Source: Scyliorhinus canicula
Taxonomy: Eukaryota
NCBI RefSeq assembly: GCF_902713615.1
Contig: NC_052161.1
Location: 11,381,171 to 11,445,170, forward strand
DNA length: 64,000 bases
Direction: 5' to 3'
Part shown: positions 60,962 through 64,000 of the stretch, piece after piece
How the letters are laid out: each line of letters starts with the position of its first letter
Numbering within the stretch: the stretch's first letter is position 1
Translations under genes and position numbers: made by a program
The notes under the pieces: generated by a model
Seen by the model: the letters and a program-made list of their open reading frames with translations, nothing else
Databases searched by the model: none
Told to the model about the DNA's origin: nothing

Positions 60962-61131
60962 GTGCAGAAGAAAATACAAGAGGAAATCGATAGCAACATT
61001 GGATTTGAAAGGACTCCTCAAATGAGTGATAGAGGCAATTTGCATTTTCTAAGTGCAACTATCAGTGAAATCCTCCGAATCCAACCAGTATCACCGCTCC
61101 TAATTCCCCACATGGCTCTGGAAGACTCCAG
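60962..61131 (+). CDS. CYP17A1: CYP17A1 exon 6 (170 bp; K-helix ExxR); exons 7-8 are not in the window
   Basis: tgcAG|[10 protein letters not shown]...[19 protein letters not shown]...|GTaaat. Confidence 0.96.
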
Positions 61132-61397
61132 GTAAATATATCCACATGTCAACGTGGACATGGCCTGTTCACTGCATTCTGGTCCTTTCTGCATCTGGGC
61201 CCCTGTGTTTCTGCTCACCCTAGTTTCTTACCATGGAGAAAATTCTCTCACTCCAAAGTGCGCATGAGCTTGCACTTTCCGAGCTGAACGCCATCTGTTA
61301 TTGCCATACCCCCATTCAGCTAAACCATTAATAATCTTTTGCAACCCTTCTGCGCTCAACCACATAACTTAGCTTCAACAAACTTGGCTGTTCCCTA

Positions 61398-61510
61398 TTC
61401 CTGTATATGTGGGGGGGGGGGGGGTCACATTCCTGTATATGGGGGGGGGGGGTCACATTCCTGTATATGTGGGTGGGGGTTGGGGGGTGGCAGTCAGATG
61501 CCTGTATGTG
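61398..61510 (+). repeat. Tandem repeat TTCCTGTATATG(T)-G-run-TCACA, 3-4 copies
   Basis: Direct inspection. Confidence 0.65.
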
Positions 61511-61623
61511 TGGTGGGGCGCAGTCAGATTGCACAGTTGGCTAAATGGTTAGATTGCCTTCCAGGATAGTGCAAAAAACGGCATGGATTCAATCCCTGTA
61601 TTCGCTGGGGTGGCTTTGAGGGC

Positions 61624-61971
61624 TGTTGTGTTTGGTCCTTTATACCTTACGAAGGAGTCCACAAAACACTTCGACTCGTGCAAACCAGAATCTTTTACTG
61701 AGTCTCGTGTGGTGAGATAGCAATCCGATACAGAGCATGTCATCATGGTGTCTGCTAACTACTCCTCTGGAACTTGCACCTAGCACTGACCATTCACATG
61801 TACATCTTGTTACCCTCTCAATCTTCTTCTGAAGATGGCCGGATGTCACATTGAGTCACAGGTCACATGACCTTGGTCTGAGACCGCATGGGGCGCGCCT
61901 GTACCGCCACCTGCTGGTTGGAGGTTGCACGCCTTCACACCTATGATGTATTCCATGGGCATATCACCACA
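61624..61971 (-). mobile_element. Probable solo LTR
   Basis: TGTTG...CCACA termini interrupting an old tRNA-like repeat; the TSD is degenerate. Confidence 0.45.
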
Positions 61972-62022
61972 GGGGTCAACCTCCTCGCTTTGCTCCACAC
62001 TGATATCATGACATAAACTATG

Positions 62023-62144
62023 CCGTGTCTGCGTGGGTTTCGCCCCCACAACCCAAAAATGTGCAGAGTAGGTGGATTGGCCACGCTAAATTGCCCCTTA
62101 ATTGGAAAAAATAATTGGCTAATCTAAATTTATAAAAAAAAAAA
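62023..62144 (+). mobile_element. 5'-truncated poly(A) SINE with 15-bp TSD
   Basis: TSD ATGACATAAACTATG at 62008-62022 and 62145-62159. Confidence 0.88.
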
Positions 62145-62158
62145 ATGACATAAACTAT

Positions 62159-62803
62159 GGACGCGATTCTCCGCTGCCCACGACGGGTCGGAGAATAGCG
62201 GGAGGGGCGTCCCCAAAATTTTTCACGCCCTCCTACTATTCCCCCCCCCCCCCCCCCCCCCCCCACGGCCGCCCCACGACACGAATCGCTGTTCGTTTTT
62301 TTACGGCGAACAGCGATTCTCCCCAGGCTGATGGACCGAGTTCCCAGGCCTTTACGGCCGTTTTTACGGCAGCAAACACACCTGCTTGCTGCCGTCGTAA
62401 AAACGGCCGCAACATGCCCGTTCTGGGCATCCAGGGCCCCGATGGCCCGCGATCGGTGCCCACCGATCGCGGGCAGTGCGTCCGTAACAGACGCACTCTT
62501 TCTCCCTCCGCCGCCCCACAGGGGCGGCCGAGGGAGATGACGGCCCCGCACATGCGCGGGTTGGAGCCGTCCAACCCGCGCATGCGCGGCTGACGTCATC
62601 GTGCGCGTCAGCCGGCGTGATGCTTGGTGCGCGGACTTAGCGGCGGTCGCTAAGGCTGCGATGCCGTGCTTCACGGGGCCCCGCTGCTAGCCCCGCCCGG
62701 GGCGGAGAATCAGGTCCCAGGAGGGGGCGCGGAGGTTGCCGTGAAACACGGCCAGTTTCACGGCAGCCTTTACGATTCTCTGCATTTGCGGAGAATCTCG
62801 CCC
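62159..62803. mobile_element. CpG-rich Harbinger-type MITE (645 bp)
   Basis: 16-bp TIRs GGACGCGATTCTCCGC / GCGGAGAATCTCGCCC; 3-bp TSD TAT. Confidence 0.85.
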
Positions 62804-63464
62804 TATGGTTAGCAAGCCTGGGACAATGAGGAAGGCACAGAGAGAGAGAGAAAGAGACAGAGAAAGAGATTCTTCACCTAAGCCATTGATAAATGTAGCA
62901 AATCACTTCAGCCCCAATTACGATCCCTGAGCTCACCACGAATCACATCCTGCCAATTGGAATCTTAGAGTGGCTATGACACAAAAGCTGGCCATTCAGC
63001 CCACTTTGTCTGTGCTGGCTTCTCTGCAACAGCAATTCAGCAAGCCCTCACCTGTTTCTGTAGCCCTGAAGTTCTTTCCTCTTCAGATAGTTATCCAATT
63101 CCCCTTTGAAAGCTGCAATTGAATGCAACAACCGCACTGATCGGCAGTGCATTCCAGATCCTAACCACTCGCTATATCAAAATGCTTTCCCCATCTCGCC
63201 CCAGGTTCTTTATCAATCACCTGAAATTGCTGTACTTTTATTCTTGGCACTTCCACCCTGGAAATTTCTCTCTATCTGCTCGGTCCAAACATTTCATAAT
63301 CCTGAACATCCCTATCAAATCTCCTTTCAACTTTCTCTTCTCGAGGGGAGCAGCCCCAGCTTTGCGAATCTATCCATGGAACTGATATCGGATTGGAAGG
63401 TATAAACTTTATCCCCATTCTCTGTCTCCTATATCCTAATCCATTCCAACCATGTCAACACAAA

Positions 63465-63687
63465 GGTCAGCACGCGGCACAGTGGTTAGCACTGCTGCCT
63501 ACGGCGCTGAGGACCCGGGTTCAAATCCCGGCCCTGGGTCCGTGAGGAGTTTGCACATTCTCCCCGTGTCTGCGTGGGTTTCACCCCCACAACCCAAAGA
63601 TGTGCTGGTTAGGTGGATTGGCCAAGCCCCTAGATTGGAAAAAGAAATCGTTACTCTAAAATTTATTTTAAAAAAACAAAACAAACA
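63465..63687 (+). mobile_element. Poly(A)-tailed V-type SINE with 15-bp TSD
   Basis: TSD AACCATGTCAACACA at 63448-63462 and 63688-63702. Confidence 0.85.
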
Positions 63688-64000
63688 AACCATGTCAACA
63701 CATCACAGAATCACAGAATGGTTATGGTGCATAAGGAGGCCATTCAGCCCATCATGACAGTACCAGGTCTGCAAAGGAGCACCATTACTCAGTGCCATTT
63801 CCCTGTATTTTCCCCATACCCCTGCACATTGTTTCTATTCAATAATTATCTAATGCCTCGATTGAACCTGCCTTCACCACACTTCCAGACCCCAACCACT
63901 CGCTGTATGAAAAGGTTTCTTCTCAAATCACATTTTCTTCTGTGACCTCTCATTCTTGATACTTATATAAGCGGGAACAGTTTCTCCGTGTCTACCCTGT

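Noticed and set aside
61132-64000. CYP17A1 exons 7-8 (heme-binding FxxGxRxC)
   Set aside because: Not found; the gene most likely continues past the window, so this is not evidence of a pseudogene.

Overview
Repeat-rich vertebrate genomic DNA, most likely from a cartilaginous fish. HE1/V-type SINEs and abundant CR1 point to a shark, probably a catshark; the species is an inference. It holds the gene block known from human 10q24.32. On the minus strand are the probable 5' end of AS3MT (a coding exon at 665-716 plus candidate first exons near 6.3-6.5 kb) and a complete 5-exon BORCS7 (39595 to 22161, 103 aa). On the plus strand, divergently transcribed, are exons 1-6 of CYP17A1 (49042-61131); exons 7-8 lie beyond the window. 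Most of the rest is transposon-derived: CR1, L1, Rex1/Babar-like and RTE-like LINEs, a decayed Gypsy element, solo LTRs, Harbinger-type and hAT-type non-autonomous DNA transposons, and about 30 SINEs. Items the ORF track misses include a TAF12 processed pseudogene, a 215-bp inverted duplication, a poly(A)/long-TSD SINE subfamily that looks L1-mobilised, a hAT element carrying the core of a Harbinger-type MITE, a decayed Harbinger Myb/SANT gene split by a solo LTR, and a two-way hairpin containing splice donors. No prokaryotic system or CRISPR array is present. All homology calls come from recalled protein and repeat sequences, not database searches.
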